A stretch of 64,000 nt of DNA from Candidatus Iainarchaeum sp. (GTDB lineage: Archaea; Micrarchaeota; Micrarchaeia; Burarchaeales; Fermentimicrarchaeaceae), in contig JAQTMQ010000003.1 in NCBI GenBank assembly GCA_028714235.1, forward strand, positions 1,306-65,305. The letters are read 5' to 3'. The translations under genes and the position numbers were made by a program. Under the pieces are notes generated by a model. That model was not told the DNA's origin. It did not search any database and saw nothing but the letters and a program-made list of their open reading frames with translations. How positions within the stretch are numbered: position 1 is the first letter of the stretch; each line of letters opens with the position of its first letter. Positions 45,045-55,103 of this stretch are shown here, in pieces.

Positions 45045-46868
45045 TTGCGCCGAGCATTTTTACGCCCGTTGCTCGGGGCCAGGTGGAACGGTTTGGCGAA
45101 GCGCATTGCGGTGATTGACAGGACGAGGTGCACTAAGGCCAGCTGCGGCTACCAGTGCATCAGGGTGTGCCCTGTCAACCGGATGGGGAAGGAGTGCATC
45201 AAGCAGGACGACGAGGGATTCCCCGTCATTTCTGAGGCGCTTTGCACGGGCTGCGGAATCTGCCCGAAGAAGTGCCCGGTGAAATGCCTGACGATAATCA
45301 ACCTGCTCGAGGAGGCCGGAAAACTGGTGCACCAGTACGGGCCGAACTCTTTCCGGCTTTACAACATCCCGCTCCCCAAAACGGGCGCGGTCGTGGGGCT
45401 GATCGGGGCGAACGGGGTGGGAAAGACCACCGCCATGCAGATTCTCGCGGGGCGCATCAAGCCCAACCTCGGGGATTACGGGCATGCCGCGGGATGGGAG
45501 AAGATAGCCGGCGAATTCAAGGGGCAGGAGGTGCGCAACTATTTCCAGGCGCTTGCGGAGAAGAAGGCGCGGATTTCGCTCAAGCCGCAGAACGTGGACC
45601 AGATTCCCGACGTTTTCAGGGGGAAGGTCGGGGCGCTCCTGAAGAAGGCGGACGAGCGGAAAAGGCTTTCCGAGGCCGCGGAAGCGTTCGGCATCACCGG
45701 AATCCTTTCGCGGGACGTCGCGAAACTGAGCGGCGGGGAGCTGCAGAGGGTCGCGATTTGCGCCGCGTACCTGCGGGACGCGGACGTGTACTGTTTCGAC
45801 GAGCCGAGCTCCTACCTTGACGTGAAGCAGCGCATGAGGATTGCGGGGAAGCTGAAAAGCCTTGCGTCCGAAGAGCGGAAATCGGTCATGGTCGTGGAGC
45901 ACGACCTTGCCGTCCTCGACTACCTGAGCGACTACGTGAACGTTTTCTTCGGGGTGAAGGGGGCTTACGGGGTTGTTTCGGGCCTGAAGGGCGCGAGGAA
46001 CGGCGTGAACGAGTATTTGGACGGCTTCCTGAAGGACGAGAACCTGCGCATCCGCGATTACCCGATTAAGTTCGGGGTTTCCGCGGAGGCTGAGAGGAGG
46101 ACGCTTCCGTTCTTCTCTTATCCCGCGCTAGGGAAGGATTACGCGGACTTCTCGCTTGAATGCGCCGCCGGGGAGGTCAGGAAGGGCGAGATTATCGGCG
46201 TCCTCGGCGAGAACGCGATCGGGAAGACGACGTTCGTCAAGCTGCTCGCCGGGATTGAGAAGCCCGATTCCGGGGAGGCGCCGCAAAAGCTGAGCGTTTC
46301 GTACAAGCCGCAGTACGTGAAAAGCGGTTTCAAGGGCACGGTTGCCGAGCTCGTTGACGGGGCGGGAATCCGGAGGGACGTGTTCGACTCGGAAGTCAGG
46401 GCGAAGCTCGAGGTGGACGAGCTCATGGAGAAGGACGTCAGGCACCTGAGCGGCGGGGAGCTGCAGCGGACCGCGATAGCAATCGCGCTTTCAAAGGACG
46501 CGGACCTCTACCTCCTCGACGAGCCGTCCGCCTTCCTTGACGTGGAGCAGCGGCTCAATTTCGCGGGCGCGCTCAAGCAAATCGTGGAGGGAAGCGGGAG
46601 GACCGCTTTCGTCGTGGACCACGACGTCGTCCTCGTGGACGCGGTGAGCTCGCGCGTGTGCGTGTTCGGGGGCGAGCCGGCTGTGCGCGGCCTCGCGGGG
46701 GCGCCGGAGGACAAGCGGGGCGGGATGAACCGGTTCCTGAAGGGCATTGACGTCACGCTGAGGCGGGACAAGGACTCGAAGAGGCCGCGCGTCAACAAGC
46801 CGGGCTCGCAGATGGACCGCGAGCAGAAGGAGTCCGGCGAATACTACTATTCGAGGGCGGAGGGATAG
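45045..46868 (+). CDS. ABCE1 / RNase L inhibitor homologue (ribosome recycling factor); probable true start is the in-frame TTG at 45093 (MAKRIAVID...)
   Basis: N-terminal twin 4Fe-4S cluster domain (CGYQCIRVCP... CTGCGICPKKCP) followed by two ABC domains (GANGVGKTT, LSGGELQR twice). Confidence 0.85.
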   Translation: MRRAFLRPLLGARWNGLAKRIAVIDRTRCTKASCGYQCIRVCPVNRMGKECIKQDDEGFPVISEALCTGCGICPKKCPVKCLTIINLLEEAGKLVHQYGPNSFRLYNIPLPKTGAVVGLIGANGVGKTTAMQILAGRIKPNLGDYGHAAGWEKIAGEFKGQEVRNYFQALAEKKARISLKPQNVDQIPDVFRGKVGALLKKADERKRLSEAAEAFGITGILSRDVAKLSGGELQRVAICAAYLRDADVYCFDEPSSYLDVKQRMRIAGKLKSLASEERKSVMVVEHDLAVLDYLSDYVNVFFGVKGAYGVVSGLKGARNGVNEYLDGFLKDENLRIRDYPIKFGVSAEAERRTLPFFSYPALGKDYADFSLECAAGEVRKGEIIGVLGENAIGKTTFVKLLAGIEKPDSGEAPQKLSVSYKPQYVKSGFKGTVAELVDGAGIRRDVFDSEVRAKLEVDELMEKDVRHLSGGELQRTAIAIALSKDADLYLLDEPSAFLDVEQRLNFAGALKQIVEGSGRTAFVVDHDVVLVDAVSSRVCVFGGEPAVRGLAGAPEDKRGGMNRFLKGIDVTLRRDKDSKRPRVNKPGSQMDREQKESGEYYYSRAEG

Positions 46869-46869
46869 C

Positions 46870-47427
46870 GTGATTGAAGGGGTTGCGGCGTCGTTCGCCC
46901 TCGCGTTCTTCGCTGAGCTCGGGGACAAGACGCAGCTTGCGGTGCTCGCGCTCTCGACCAGGCACCGGAACAGGGGGATGGTTTTCGCGGGCGCGTTCTG
47001 CGGGCTTTCGCTCGCAGTCGCGGTTTCCGTGGCTTTCGGCGGCATCGCTTCGCAGGTCGTCCCGCTCGGCGCGCTCAAGGTCGCGGCCGGGCTCGGGTTG
47101 GTGGCGTTCGGGCTTCACGCGTTTTTTTCGCGCGAGAAGGGGGAAGGGGAGCGGGCTGAAGCCGCGCCCGGCAGCATTTTCTTCGCGTCGCTTGCGTCCC
47201 TTTTCGTGATGGAGATGGGGGACAAGACGCAGGCCGCGAATTTTCTTCTTGCCACGAGGTATCCCGCGGCCTGGGTTTTCGCGGGCGCGGCGCTTGCGAT
47301 GGGGCTCGTGGCGCTCGCGACGGTCTTCGCTGGCGAGCAGGCGTGCCGGCTGGCGAGCCGCGGCGTCTTGAATAAGGTGAGCGGGTCGCTTCTCGTGCTC
47401 GCGGGCCTCGCCATGCTGGTTTCCTAG
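46870..47427 (+). CDS. UPF0016 (GDT1/TMEM165) family putative Ca2+/H+ or Mn2+ transporter
   Basis: Two repeats of the E-x-G-D-K-T motif (ELGDKTQLA, MEMGDKTQAA), 6 TM, 185 aa. Confidence 0.75.
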   Translation: MIEGVAASFALAFFAELGDKTQLAVLALSTRHRNRGMVFAGAFCGLSLAVAVSVAFGGIASQVVPLGALKVAAGLGLVAFGLHAFFSREKGEGERAEAAPGSIFFASLASLFVMEMGDKTQAANFLLATRYPAAWVFAGAALAMGLVALATVFAGEQACRLASRGVLNKVSGSLLVLAGLAMLVS

Positions 47428-47437
47428 GGGGCGCGGC

Positions 47438-48076
47438 CTAGTTCTTGCGGTAATACGACTCTATCGCCGTGCCGCCGGTCCTGTTGAGGACGACTTCGAA
47501 GCTTTGCGCGGCGTTCGGGTAGGAGTAGTCCACGACCCACACGTCGAAATAGGTGTTGTTCGTAGGCGTGTAGAGGGTGTCGGCATGCCTGGCCTGGGCT
47601 TCCGGCGCCGTGCCTTCCGGAATTCCGGAGGTGTAGCCGGTGACCGCCGTCCTCGTCGAGGGGTTTCGCTCGGGGTCAAGCGGCATCAGGATGGCTTCTT
47701 CGGGGTAGGCGATTATGCAGTATTGTATGCCCCTGCACCCGAGCACGCTGCAGTTCTCGGTGATGAGGCGCTCGCGGGGCACGAAATTGAATTTCTGGTC
47801 CATTTCGACTATGGTGAGGTTGGGGCAGAGGGTGGCCGGGCCCTGGACGACTTTCGACTTCAGCAGCCAGTTCGACTCGCCCGGAGTCGTGCTCGTGTTC
47901 TTCACGTCGTAAATGGCGATGGATGCGCCGGGGTAGCGGTAGTTCAGCTCGCTCGTCGCGAACTCCACGGCCTGCGCTTCGGTCGTGTTTTTCTTCAGGA
48001 GTAGGCCTTGCCCGACAAGGATGTAGACCGCTATGATTGCGAGTACCAAAAGTGCCCCGAGTACCCACTTGGACAT
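47438..48076 (-). CDS. hypothetical secreted/membrane-anchored protein with many N-x-S/T sequons
   Basis: ORF track. Signal-anchor MSKWVLGALLVLAIIAVYILV. Sequons NTT, NTS, NLT, NCS, NNT, NRT. Confidence 0.45.
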   Translation of the reverse strand: MSKWVLGALLVLAIIAVYILVGQGLLLKKNTTEAQAVEFATSELNYRYPGASIAIYDVKNTSTTPGESNWLLKSKVVQGPATLCPNLTIVEMDQKFNFVPRERLITENCSVLGCRGIQYCIIAYPEEAILMPLDPERNPSTRTAVTGYTSGIPEGTAPEAQARHADTLYTPTNNTYFDVWVVDYSYPNAAQSFEVVLNRTGGTAIESYYRKN

Positions 48077-48146
48077 AAAGTGGGTTATATCCGTCCGATG
48101 CTATAAATATTTAACTTATGGGGGCGGAAAAGGGGTTGGTGGACTG

Positions 48147-48947
48147 ATGGCGCTTGACCGCGCAAGCCTGGACGCGCGCTTGAAAAAAGAGGTTTCCGGC
48201 AACCCGGCCGCGCTCAGGATTTTTGAAAGGCTTGCTGAAAACGAGGCTTTCAACGCCGGTTGCGACATGGCGAACGCGGTCGCGGTAAGCCGGCTCGGCT
48301 ACAACGACCACGGGAGGGTGCACGTCCGCATAACCGCGCTCAACGCGCTTGCCATCCTCAACATTCTCGGCAGGAGCGGGGTTTCCCCCAACTTCGTGAA
48401 GGAAAAGCACGGGACGTTCGGGGACGCGCAGGTCGTCGTGATGCTTGGCGCGCTGCTGCACGACCTCGGGAACGCGATTCACAGGAAGGACCACGAGAAG
48501 AACGGGGTGTACCTCGCGGGCGGGCTGCTTGACGAGGTCTTGCCGGAGTTTTATTCCGGCCCGAAGCTCCACAAAATCAGGCTTTTCGTGCTCGGCTGCG
48601 TTTTCGAGACCGGGGACGGGGCGGATGCGAGCTCGGTCGAATCCGGGGCCGTGAAGATTGCGGACGGGGCGGACTGCGAGAAGGGGAGGGCGCGCATGCC
48701 TTACCGGCTTTTCGGCAAGCCCGACATCCATTCGGTTTCCGCGCTCGCGATAAAGCGCGTGGAGATAGGGCCCGGGAAGGAGGTGCCGGTGAGAATCACG
48801 GTGGACATGACGAATCCCGCCGGCCTGTTCCAGGTGAGCGAGGTCCTCGGGAAAAAGATTGCGGGCTCCGGGCTCAAAAGCTACGTGGAAGTGGACACGC
48901 GCATCAACGGCAGGAGGCTGCGGGAAACCGACGTTTCGCTGCTTTGA
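48147..48947 (+). CDS. HD-domain phosphohydrolase family protein (start trimmed to MALDRASL...)
   Basis: H...HD motif (GRVHVRITALNA ... LLHDLGNAIHRKDHEKNG). The first 38 track residues overlap the convergent gene end. Confidence 0.6.
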   Translation: MALDRASLDARLKKEVSGNPAALRIFERLAENEAFNAGCDMANAVAVSRLGYNDHGRVHVRITALNALAILNILGRSGVSPNFVKEKHGTFGDAQVVVMLGALLHDLGNAIHRKDHEKNGVYLAGGLLDEVLPEFYSGPKLHKIRLFVLGCVFETGDGADASSVESGAVKIADGADCEKGRARMPYRLFGKPDIHSVSALAIKRVEIGPGKEVPVRITVDMTNPAGLFQVSEVLGKKIAGSGLKSYVEVDTRINGRRLRETDVSLL

Positions 48948-48960
48948 GCGGCGCGCCTGC

Positions 48961-49854
48961 TCAGAATTCCTTCGCCCTTTCCAGCACCTTTTCCAGCGTC
49001 ATGCCGCTCGCGTGGCCGCCCACGTGCTCCTTGATGAGGGATGCGGCGGCGGAGCCGGTTTTAGCGCACTCTTCCACGGGCATGCCCTTCGCGTACGCGG
49101 CAAGGAAGCCGGCGCGGTAGGCGTCGCCCGCCCCTATCGGGTCGCGCATCGCCGACTTCGTGTAGGAGCCGATTTTGAACGAGGCGCCTTCCGTGTGCGC
49201 CTCCGAGCCGCGCTCTCCGTGCGTAATCACGATTACGCGGATGCCGTAGGAAAAAAGCGACTTCCACGAGCCGTTGCCCGTCGTCTTCAGGACTGAATCG
49301 AGCTCGGTCTCGTTCATGGAGAGGATGAGGGTGCGCCGGAAAATGGATTCGAGGTCGTCCTTCGAGTAGCGGGGGGCGTCGTAGCCAGGGTCAAAGGATA
49401 TTCGCGCGCCCGGGGTGGAGGCGGCGAGGCGCCGGTTGAACGCTGGGTTGCCGGTCGCGATGTGGATGAAGTCCCCGCTTGAAAGGCCGAGGCGGGGGAG
49501 GGGGAGGTCGCTGAAGCCGGGCATTGGCTCGAAGTAGAAGACGAGTTCCCCCGTGGACTCGACCACGGGCGCGTATGCGCGCGACGTGTGCGCGCCCTTC
49601 CTGATAGAGACGTGGGCGGTTTCCACTCCGAGGGACTTGAGGTGGCGGTCGTAGTCCGAGCCCGGGAAGTCTTCCCCTGCAAGCGAGATTACGGATGCGC
49701 GCTCTCCGAGCGCGGAAAGCACGGCAGCCACGTTTCCGGCGGTCCCGCCGAACACGCGGTGCATTGAGGACACCTGGACGGCGGTGTTCTTGAGGGGCAT
49801 GCGCGGGCAGTATATGATTGTGTCCAGCGCCAGCGTGCCTACGACGTAAATCAT
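48961..49854 (-). CDS. PfkB/ribokinase-family carbohydrate or nucleoside kinase, paralogue 1 (start trimmed to MIYVVGTLALD)
   Basis: GG dipeptide region (VFGGTAGNVAA), anion hole DPIGAGDAYRAGF. The track N-terminal 87 residues are Arg-rich. Confidence 0.75.
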   Translation of the reverse strand: MIYVVGTLALDTIIYCPRMPLKNTAVQVSSMHRVFGGTAGNVAAVLSALGERASVISLAGEDFPGSDYDRHLKSLGVETAHVSIRKGAHTSRAYAPVVESTGELVFYFEPMPGFSDLPLPRLGLSSGDFIHIATGNPAFNRRLAASTPGARISFDPGYDAPRYSKDDLESIFRRTLILSMNETELDSVLKTTGNGSWKSLFSYGIRVIVITHGERGSEAHTEGASFKIGSYTKSAMRDPIGAGDAYRAGFLAAYAKGMPVEECAKTGSAAASLIKEHVGGHASGMTLEKVLERAKEF

Positions 49855-49871
49855 GTAACCCACCTTTTCCC

Positions 49872-50774
49872 TCACAGCTCGCTTGCGCGCTCGCGCGCCT
49901 CCTCCCAGGACGGGAACCCCTCCTGGCTTCCTATGCGCTCGATGACGAAGGACGCGGTTGCCGAGCCGAATTTCGCGCATTTGTCGAGCGGCATCCCTTT
50001 CGCGCGCGCCGCGAGGAAGCCCGCGCGGTAAGCGTCGCCCGCGCCGGTCGTGTCCACGATTCTCGCCTTCGCGTACGCCTTCACCTCGAAATGCCTGCCG
50101 CCGGAGTAGACGCACGAGCCCAGCCTGCCGTGCGTTATTATGAGCGTTTCGGTTCCGTAGCCGAGGAGCTCTGTGGCCGCGTTTTTTCCGAGCGTGTGAA
50201 GCGCGGTTTCGAGCTCGCGCGTGTTCATGGACGCGGTTTTCACGCGCTGGAGGATGGATTCCAGGTCCTCCTTGGAGTAAAGCGGGGAGTCGTAGCCCGG
50301 GTCAAAGGAGATGCCCGCTCCGGGGTATGCCGCGGCGAGGCGGCGGTTGAACGAGGGCTCGCCCGTCGCGATGTGGATGATGTCGCCCTCTTCCAGGGCG
50401 AGCTTGGGGACTGGAAGGCTTTCGAAGGCGCCCGTCGCGCCGCGATAAAAGAACGACTGGAGGTCCCCGCTTGAGTCCACCGGCATCACCGCGCACGAGG
50501 TCCGCATTCCCCTGACGACCGAGACGTGCGAGGTATCCACCCCGAGCGAGAGCAGCTTTTTTTCGTAGGGAGAGCCCGGGAAGTCCTCGCCGACCGCGGA
50601 AATGACGGACGAGCTTGCGCCGAGGGATGCGAGGCATGCCGCGACGTTTCCTGCCGAGCCGCCGAAGAGCTCGTGCACGCCCGTGACCTGGACCGCGGAA
50701 TTCGGGTGCGGGAAATGGGCGCAGTGGAGAATCGTGTCGAACGCGATTGGGCCTGAAACGTAAATCATCGCCAC
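49872..50774 (-). CDS. PfkB/ribokinase-family kinase, paralogue 2
   Basis: MAMIYVSGPIAFDTI, LFGGSAGNVAA, DTTGAGDAYRAGF; 300 aa. Confidence 0.8.
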   Translation of the reverse strand: MAMIYVSGPIAFDTILHCAHFPHPNSAVQVTGVHELFGGSAGNVAACLASLGASSSVISAVGEDFPGSPYEKKLLSLGVDTSHVSVVRGMRTSCAVMPVDSSGDLQSFFYRGATGAFESLPVPKLALEEGDIIHIATGEPSFNRRLAAAYPGAGISFDPGYDSPLYSKEDLESILQRVKTASMNTRELETALHTLGKNAATELLGYGTETLIITHGRLGSCVYSGGRHFEVKAYAKARIVDTTGAGDAYRAGFLAARAKGMPLDKCAKFGSATASFVIERIGSQEGFPSWEEARERASEL

Positions 50775-50796
50775 ACCGGAAAAAGTTGCGCTCCAT

Positions 50797-51216
50797 TCAC
50801 ACGATTTTGATTAATAACGGTTTGCCCGTCGCGTCGTATGCGCGGATTGAATCAGGGGTGAACGGGTATGCGAGGATAAGGTGGGTTTCGCCCGTGGCCC
50901 TGAAGAACTCGAGGTCCGCCTTCGAGGGCCTCGCGCTCCTCGTCGGGTGCGAGTGCACCGAGCCCGAGTGCCCGCTCGTGTAGGGGACGTTGTAAAGGTT
51001 TATCGAGGAGTAGTCTTCGCCGTAAACGCTTTGGGGGATTACGAGGACTTCCGCGATTTCGCCCCTCGCGTTTTTCCTTATGAGCCCGGCGAACTCGGAG
51101 GGATACGTGCTGGCCGCGGCGCGAAGCATGAATTCCGCGGCGTCCCGCGTTATCGGCACGGCAGCCCTGCCCGCATCGCCCGCGTTTTTTTGCATCGCCT
51201 CCTTTTGGCGAGGCAA
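50797..51216 (-). CDS. JAB1/MPN/Mov34 (JAMM) metalloprotease, candidate SAMP/ubiquitin-like deconjugase
   Basis: JAMM motif E...HSHP-x7-S-x2-D (EVLVIP ... VHSHPTRSARPSKAD), 139 aa. Confidence 0.7.
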   Translation of the reverse strand: MPRQKEAMQKNAGDAGRAAVPITRDAAEFMLRAAASTYPSEFAGLIRKNARGEIAEVLVIPQSVYGEDYSSINLYNVPYTSGHSGSVHSHPTRSARPSKADLEFFRATGETHLILAYPFTPDSIRAYDATGKPLLIKIV

Positions 51217-51219
51217 GCG

Positions 51220-52416
51220 TTAAATGGGGATGGATGCGAGGAGCGCGGGGATGAGGACGAAGCCCATGAGCCCCACCCTCCGCGCGCCGGAAACGAGGGG
51301 CAGCGCGCCAATGAGCGACGCCGCCGCAGTGAGGGCGAGGCCCGGCCACCCCCCGGCGAGAAAGGACGCTGCGGGAAGCAAAACGAGCACGCAGACCGAA
51401 AGCGCCTTCTGGTCAAGGACCGCCGAAATGGAGACGAATTTTTTTGAGAGGAGGAAGACGGCCGCCGACGAGACCGCGACCGAGGCCAGGGCCGCGCCGA
51501 TTATGACCGGGAGGTCGCCTGCGCCGGTTCCCCCGAGGATGGAGCTTATTTGGGCTGCGGCCCCGGTGCGCGCCTTCCCTATCGCTGCAGAGTAGGCGAA
51601 GGAGGAGACGAGGTGCGCGGACGAGACCGAGGCCGCGAGGCACAGGAACCTCTCGGAATCGAGGGCGACGAATATTGACGCGAACAGCGCGACTTGCGCG
51701 GCGCTCCCCATTCCCGGGAAGGCGTCCGCGACGCAGCCAAGCGCGAAGCCGAGGATGATTGCCGGGAAAAAGCCGGACACCGCGATGGGTCCCGTTTCCC
51801 GGGGCGCGGCCGGGGCCGCGTGAGCGCCCTTGAGCGACGCCGCGGCAGCGGGGATTGCGAAGAGGCCGGAAAACGCGGGAAGGAACGGGTCCGCCATCCC
51901 CGAGCCGAACGCGGCCAGGCCGAGGGCGCCCGCGGAGAGCATCGCCGCGCCGCACGCGAGCCTCCTCTCGGAGGTTCTCTCGGTGCAGACCATCGCGAGG
52001 ACCGCCGCCGCTAGGGCGAAGGGCGTGAGCGGCTTGATTAATGGGAACGCCTGCGGGAGAATGAAAAGCAGGAGCGGAACCGACGCGCAGGCGAGGGCGG
52101 CGGACGCGAGCGTGGAAAACGAGTAGAGGCGGAGCGCGCGCTCCGCGAGCCCGGCTTTCGCGAGCCTGTGGCCGGGAAGAACGGAAGCCGCGGAGTCCGC
52201 GCCGGGGATGAAGAAAAGGATTGCAGGGACCGCCTCGAACGCGAGCCGCGCGCACGCGAGCGCGGCAAGGAAAGCGGCCCAAGCCTCGCCGTCGAAAGGC
52301 GCGCCCGCGGAAACGGCGAGGGCTTGCAGCGTGTTCGAGTGCAGGCCCGGAAGCGCGGAAAGCGCGCCGACGAGCGTCCCGGACGCGAGGGCGAGCGCGC
52401 ACGACTCCGGGCTCAT
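51220..52416 (-). CDS. polytopic membrane protein, TctA/DUF112-like
   Basis: 398 aa, highly hydrophobic; repeated G-x-x-PG-x-G motifs (GALSALPGLH, CVADAFPGMGS) as in TctA-family permeases. Family assignment by memory only. Confidence 0.45.
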   Translation of the reverse strand: MSPESCALALASGTLVGALSALPGLHSNTLQALAVSAGAPFDGEAWAAFLAALACARLAFEAVPAILFFIPGADSAASVLPGHRLAKAGLAERALRLYSFSTLASAALACASVPLLLFILPQAFPLIKPLTPFALAAAVLAMVCTERTSERRLACGAAMLSAGALGLAAFGSGMADPFLPAFSGLFAIPAAAASLKGAHAAPAAPRETGPIAVSGFFPAIILGFALGCVADAFPGMGSAAQVALFASIFVALDSERFLCLAASVSSAHLVSSFAYSAAIGKARTGAAAQISSILGGTGAGDLPVIIGAALASVAVSSAAVFLLSKKFVSISAVLDQKALSVCVLVLLPAASFLAGGWPGLALTAAASLIGALPLVSGARRVGLMGFVLIPALLASIPI

Positions 52417-52790
52417 TCGAGCACCTCAAGCGATTCCACCACGAGCCCGCTCTCGCCATCGTGGCGCGACACGGTCCCTTTCACGCGCACGTGCGCGCCC
52501 TTCCGGAGCAGCGCGATTTCCGGGCCGGCTGAAGCCATCGCCGCCGCTGCGCCCCTGAAGATTACGGCGCGCGCGCACTCGCCGTCGCAGACGGTGAAAA
52601 AGACGTTCCCGTTCCGCTGGTAAACGGATTGCGCGACCCCGCTCACCGTGACCGCGCTCCCGGGCTGCAGGCCGGAAAGGCCTCCCACGCTTTCCGCGGC
52701 GTACGCCGGCCCTCCCGTCCCTAGGGAGAAAAGCAGCAGGCCCGCCGCTGCAAGCATGGCGCACGAAAGGAAGAGGTGCTCGTCCCGCAT
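52413..52790 (-). CDS. small secreted OB-fold-like protein (start trimmed to MRDEHLFLSCAMLAAAG...)
   Basis: Signal peptide plus beta-rich core (VTVSGVAQSVYQRNGNVFFTVCDGECARAVIFRG ... VRVKGTVSRHDGESGLVVESLEVLE). 4-nt overlap with the upstream membrane protein. Confidence 0.4.
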   Translation of the reverse strand: MRDEHLFLSCAMLAAAGLLLFSLGTGGPAYAAESVGGLSGLQPGSAVTVSGVAQSVYQRNGNVFFTVCDGECARAVIFRGAAAAMASAGPEIALLRKGAHVRVKGTVSRHDGESGLVVESLEVLE

Positions 52791-52896
52791 TTCGCTCACG
52801 GAAGAAGAAGCTGATTGTTTTCGCGCGAGGGGCTTAATTACCCTTTCGCGGCCCGCCCAGCGCCGCTTATAAATTCGGAACGCAAAAGATTGCGGC

Positions 52897-53808
52897 ATGG
52901 AAACGCCTGGGCTGGTCGTGGTGGGCTCCATGGCCCTGGACGACATCCGGACCCCGTTCGGCGAGGTGAAGAAGACCCTGGGCGGGGCGGCGACTTACGC
53001 CGGGATTGCGGCAAGCATTTTCACGAAGGTGGGGGTCATCGCGGTGGTGGGGAAGGATTTCCCCGAGGAGCACATCCGGTTCCTGAACGGGAAGGGCATT
53101 GACACGCGCGGGGTGAAGTTTGCGGAAGGGCGCACGTTCAGGTGGAGCGCGTATTACGAGTACGACATGGCGCAGGCGCACACGCTTAAGACCGAGCTCA
53201 ACGTTTTCTCCGGGTTCAGCCCGGAGGTGCCGGACGGGTTTTCCGGGGCCGGGCACGTTTTCCTCGCAAACATCGACCCGAAGCTCCAGATGCACGTGCT
53301 CGGGCAGATGAGGGACGCGCGGTTTACCGCGCTGGACACCATGAACTTCTGGATTGGGAGGTCGCGGCAACGCCTGACCGAGGCGATAGGGAAGGTTGAC
53401 GCCGTCTTCATAAACGACGCCGAGCTCCGCCAGCTTTGCGGGACGCACAGCCTGGTCAAGGCCGCGAAGCATGTTTTGCGCATGGGCCCGGAATTCGTCG
53501 TCGTGAAGAAAGGCGAGCACGGCGCGCTCCTTTTCAGCGCCGAAGGAGCGTTTTCGGCCCCCGCCTTCCCGCTCGAGGACGTCATCGACCCGACGGGCGC
53601 CGGCGACTCGTTCGCGGGCGCGGCGATGGGCTGGCTTGCGAAGTCGGGGGGCGCGGACGAAAAGCAGGTCCGCAAGGCCGTGATTTACGGGACCGCGGTC
53701 GCAAGCTTCAACGCGGAGCATTTCGGCGCGGGAAAGCTCAGGGGCCTGACGATTGAGGAGGTCGAGGAGCGCGTCCGCAGGCTCGCCGAGCTTTCGCGCT
53801 TCGAGTGA
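52897..53808 (+). CDS. PfkB/ribokinase-family kinase, paralogue 3
   Basis: LGGAATYAG, DPTGAGDSFAGA; 303 aa. TATA-like CTTATAAATT at 52866-52875, about 27 nt upstream. Confidence 0.8.
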   Translation: METPGLVVVGSMALDDIRTPFGEVKKTLGGAATYAGIAASIFTKVGVIAVVGKDFPEEHIRFLNGKGIDTRGVKFAEGRTFRWSAYYEYDMAQAHTLKTELNVFSGFSPEVPDGFSGAGHVFLANIDPKLQMHVLGQMRDARFTALDTMNFWIGRSRQRLTEAIGKVDAVFINDAELRQLCGTHSLVKAAKHVLRMGPEFVVVKKGEHGALLFSAEGAFSAPAFPLEDVIDPTGAGDSFAGAAMGWLAKSGGADEKQVRKAVIYGTAVASFNAEHFGAGKLRGLTIEEVEERVRRLAELSRFE

Positions 53809-55103
53809 GGGTTCTTTCGGGCTTGATGGGAATGGGTTTGGTCGTGCGGAACGCGGTCGTCCTCACGCAGGACGCCGGGCGCCGCGTGCTCAAGGACTGC
53901 GACGTGCTCGTAGAGGGGGAAAGTATCTCCCGCGTGGGAAAAGGCCTGCAGGGAAAAGCGGAGTTTGAGATTGACGGGAAGGGGAAGCTCCTGCTGCCCG
54001 GCCTCGTGAACTGCCACACGCACGCGGCGATGACGGTTTTCCGCGGCCTTGCGGACGACTGCGAGTTTTTCGAGGGGTGGGAGGGAAGGGTGTGGCCCGC
54101 GGAGAAAAGGCTCAAGCCGCGCCACGTTTACGCGGGCGCGCGGCTCGCGCTCCTCGAAATGGTGAGGAGCGGGACGACCTCCTTCCTTGACATGTACTTT
54201 TTCCCGGACGAAACCGCGCGCGCGTGCAGGGAGCTCGGCGTGCGCGGGGTCTTGGGCGCGCCGATTTTTGACGCGCCCGTCGTTGACGGCGGAACGGAGG
54301 ACACGTTCAGGAAGAGCGGGGGCGAGGGGCTCGTCAGGTTCGGCACCATGCCCCACGCGCCCTACACCGTGGGGGAGGAGGGCTACAGGAAGGCGGCGGC
54401 TTTCGCCGAGCGCGAGGGATGCGTCCTCCACACGCACGTGGCGGAAACGAGGAGGGAGGTTCACGACGTGAAGAAGGCGACCGGGAAACGGCCCGTAGAG
54501 TGGCTGGAGTCCATCGGCGCGCTTTCCCCGAGGACTGTGGCGGCGCACTGCGTCTGGGTCACGAGGCAGGAGGCGGGCATCCTCGGAAGGAACGGCGTGA
54601 CGGTTGCGCACTGCCCGGTGAGCGGCATGAAGCTTGCCGGGGGAGGGGTTACGCCGATCCCGGAGCTGTCGGAAGCGGGCGCGAACGTCACGCTCGGGAC
54701 GGACGGGGCGGCCTCCAACAACTCGCTTGACATGATTGAAACGATGAAGGTTTGCTCGCTTCTCCAGAAGCACTCGCGGTGGAACGCGGCCGCGGCGGAT
54801 GCCGGCCAGGTCCTCGATTTTGCGACGAGGAACGGGGCGAGGGCGCTCGGGATTGACGGGGGGAGCATTGAGGAGGGAAGGCTTGCGGACTTCATACTCC
54901 TCGATTTGCGGCACCCGAACATGCTCCCGGTTTCCTCTGTCGGCTTCGCGCCGCTCGTGGTCTATTCCGCGAACCCGTCAAACGTTTGCGACGTCGTGGT
55001 GAACGGGAAGCCGGTGCTGCTCGGGGGCAGGTTCGCTTCCGCTCCGGCTGAAATGATTGCGAGGGATGCCGAGAAGGCGGTCGCGGAATTGCACTGGGCC
55101 TAG
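53805..55103 (+). CDS. amidohydrolase-superfamily deaminase of the MtaD/DadD type (5'-methylthioadenosine / S-adenosylhomocysteine / 5'-deoxyadenosine deaminase)
   Basis: LPGLVNCHTHAAMTVFRGLADD metal-binding HxH, internal HTHVAE, C-terminal TDGAASNNSLD. 432 aa. 4-nt overlap with the upstream pfkB. Confidence 0.8.
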   Translation: MRVLSGLMGMGLVVRNAVVLTQDAGRRVLKDCDVLVEGESISRVGKGLQGKAEFEIDGKGKLLLPGLVNCHTHAAMTVFRGLADDCEFFEGWEGRVWPAEKRLKPRHVYAGARLALLEMVRSGTTSFLDMYFFPDETARACRELGVRGVLGAPIFDAPVVDGGTEDTFRKSGGEGLVRFGTMPHAPYTVGEEGYRKAAAFAEREGCVLHTHVAETRREVHDVKKATGKRPVEWLESIGALSPRTVAAHCVWVTRQEAGILGRNGVTVAHCPVSGMKLAGGGVTPIPELSEAGANVTLGTDGAASNNSLDMIETMKVCSLLQKHSRWNAAAADAGQVLDFATRNGARALGIDGGSIEEGRLADFILLDLRHPNMLPVSSVGFAPLVVYSANPSNVCDVVVNGKPVLLGGRFASAPAEMIARDAEKAVAELHWA

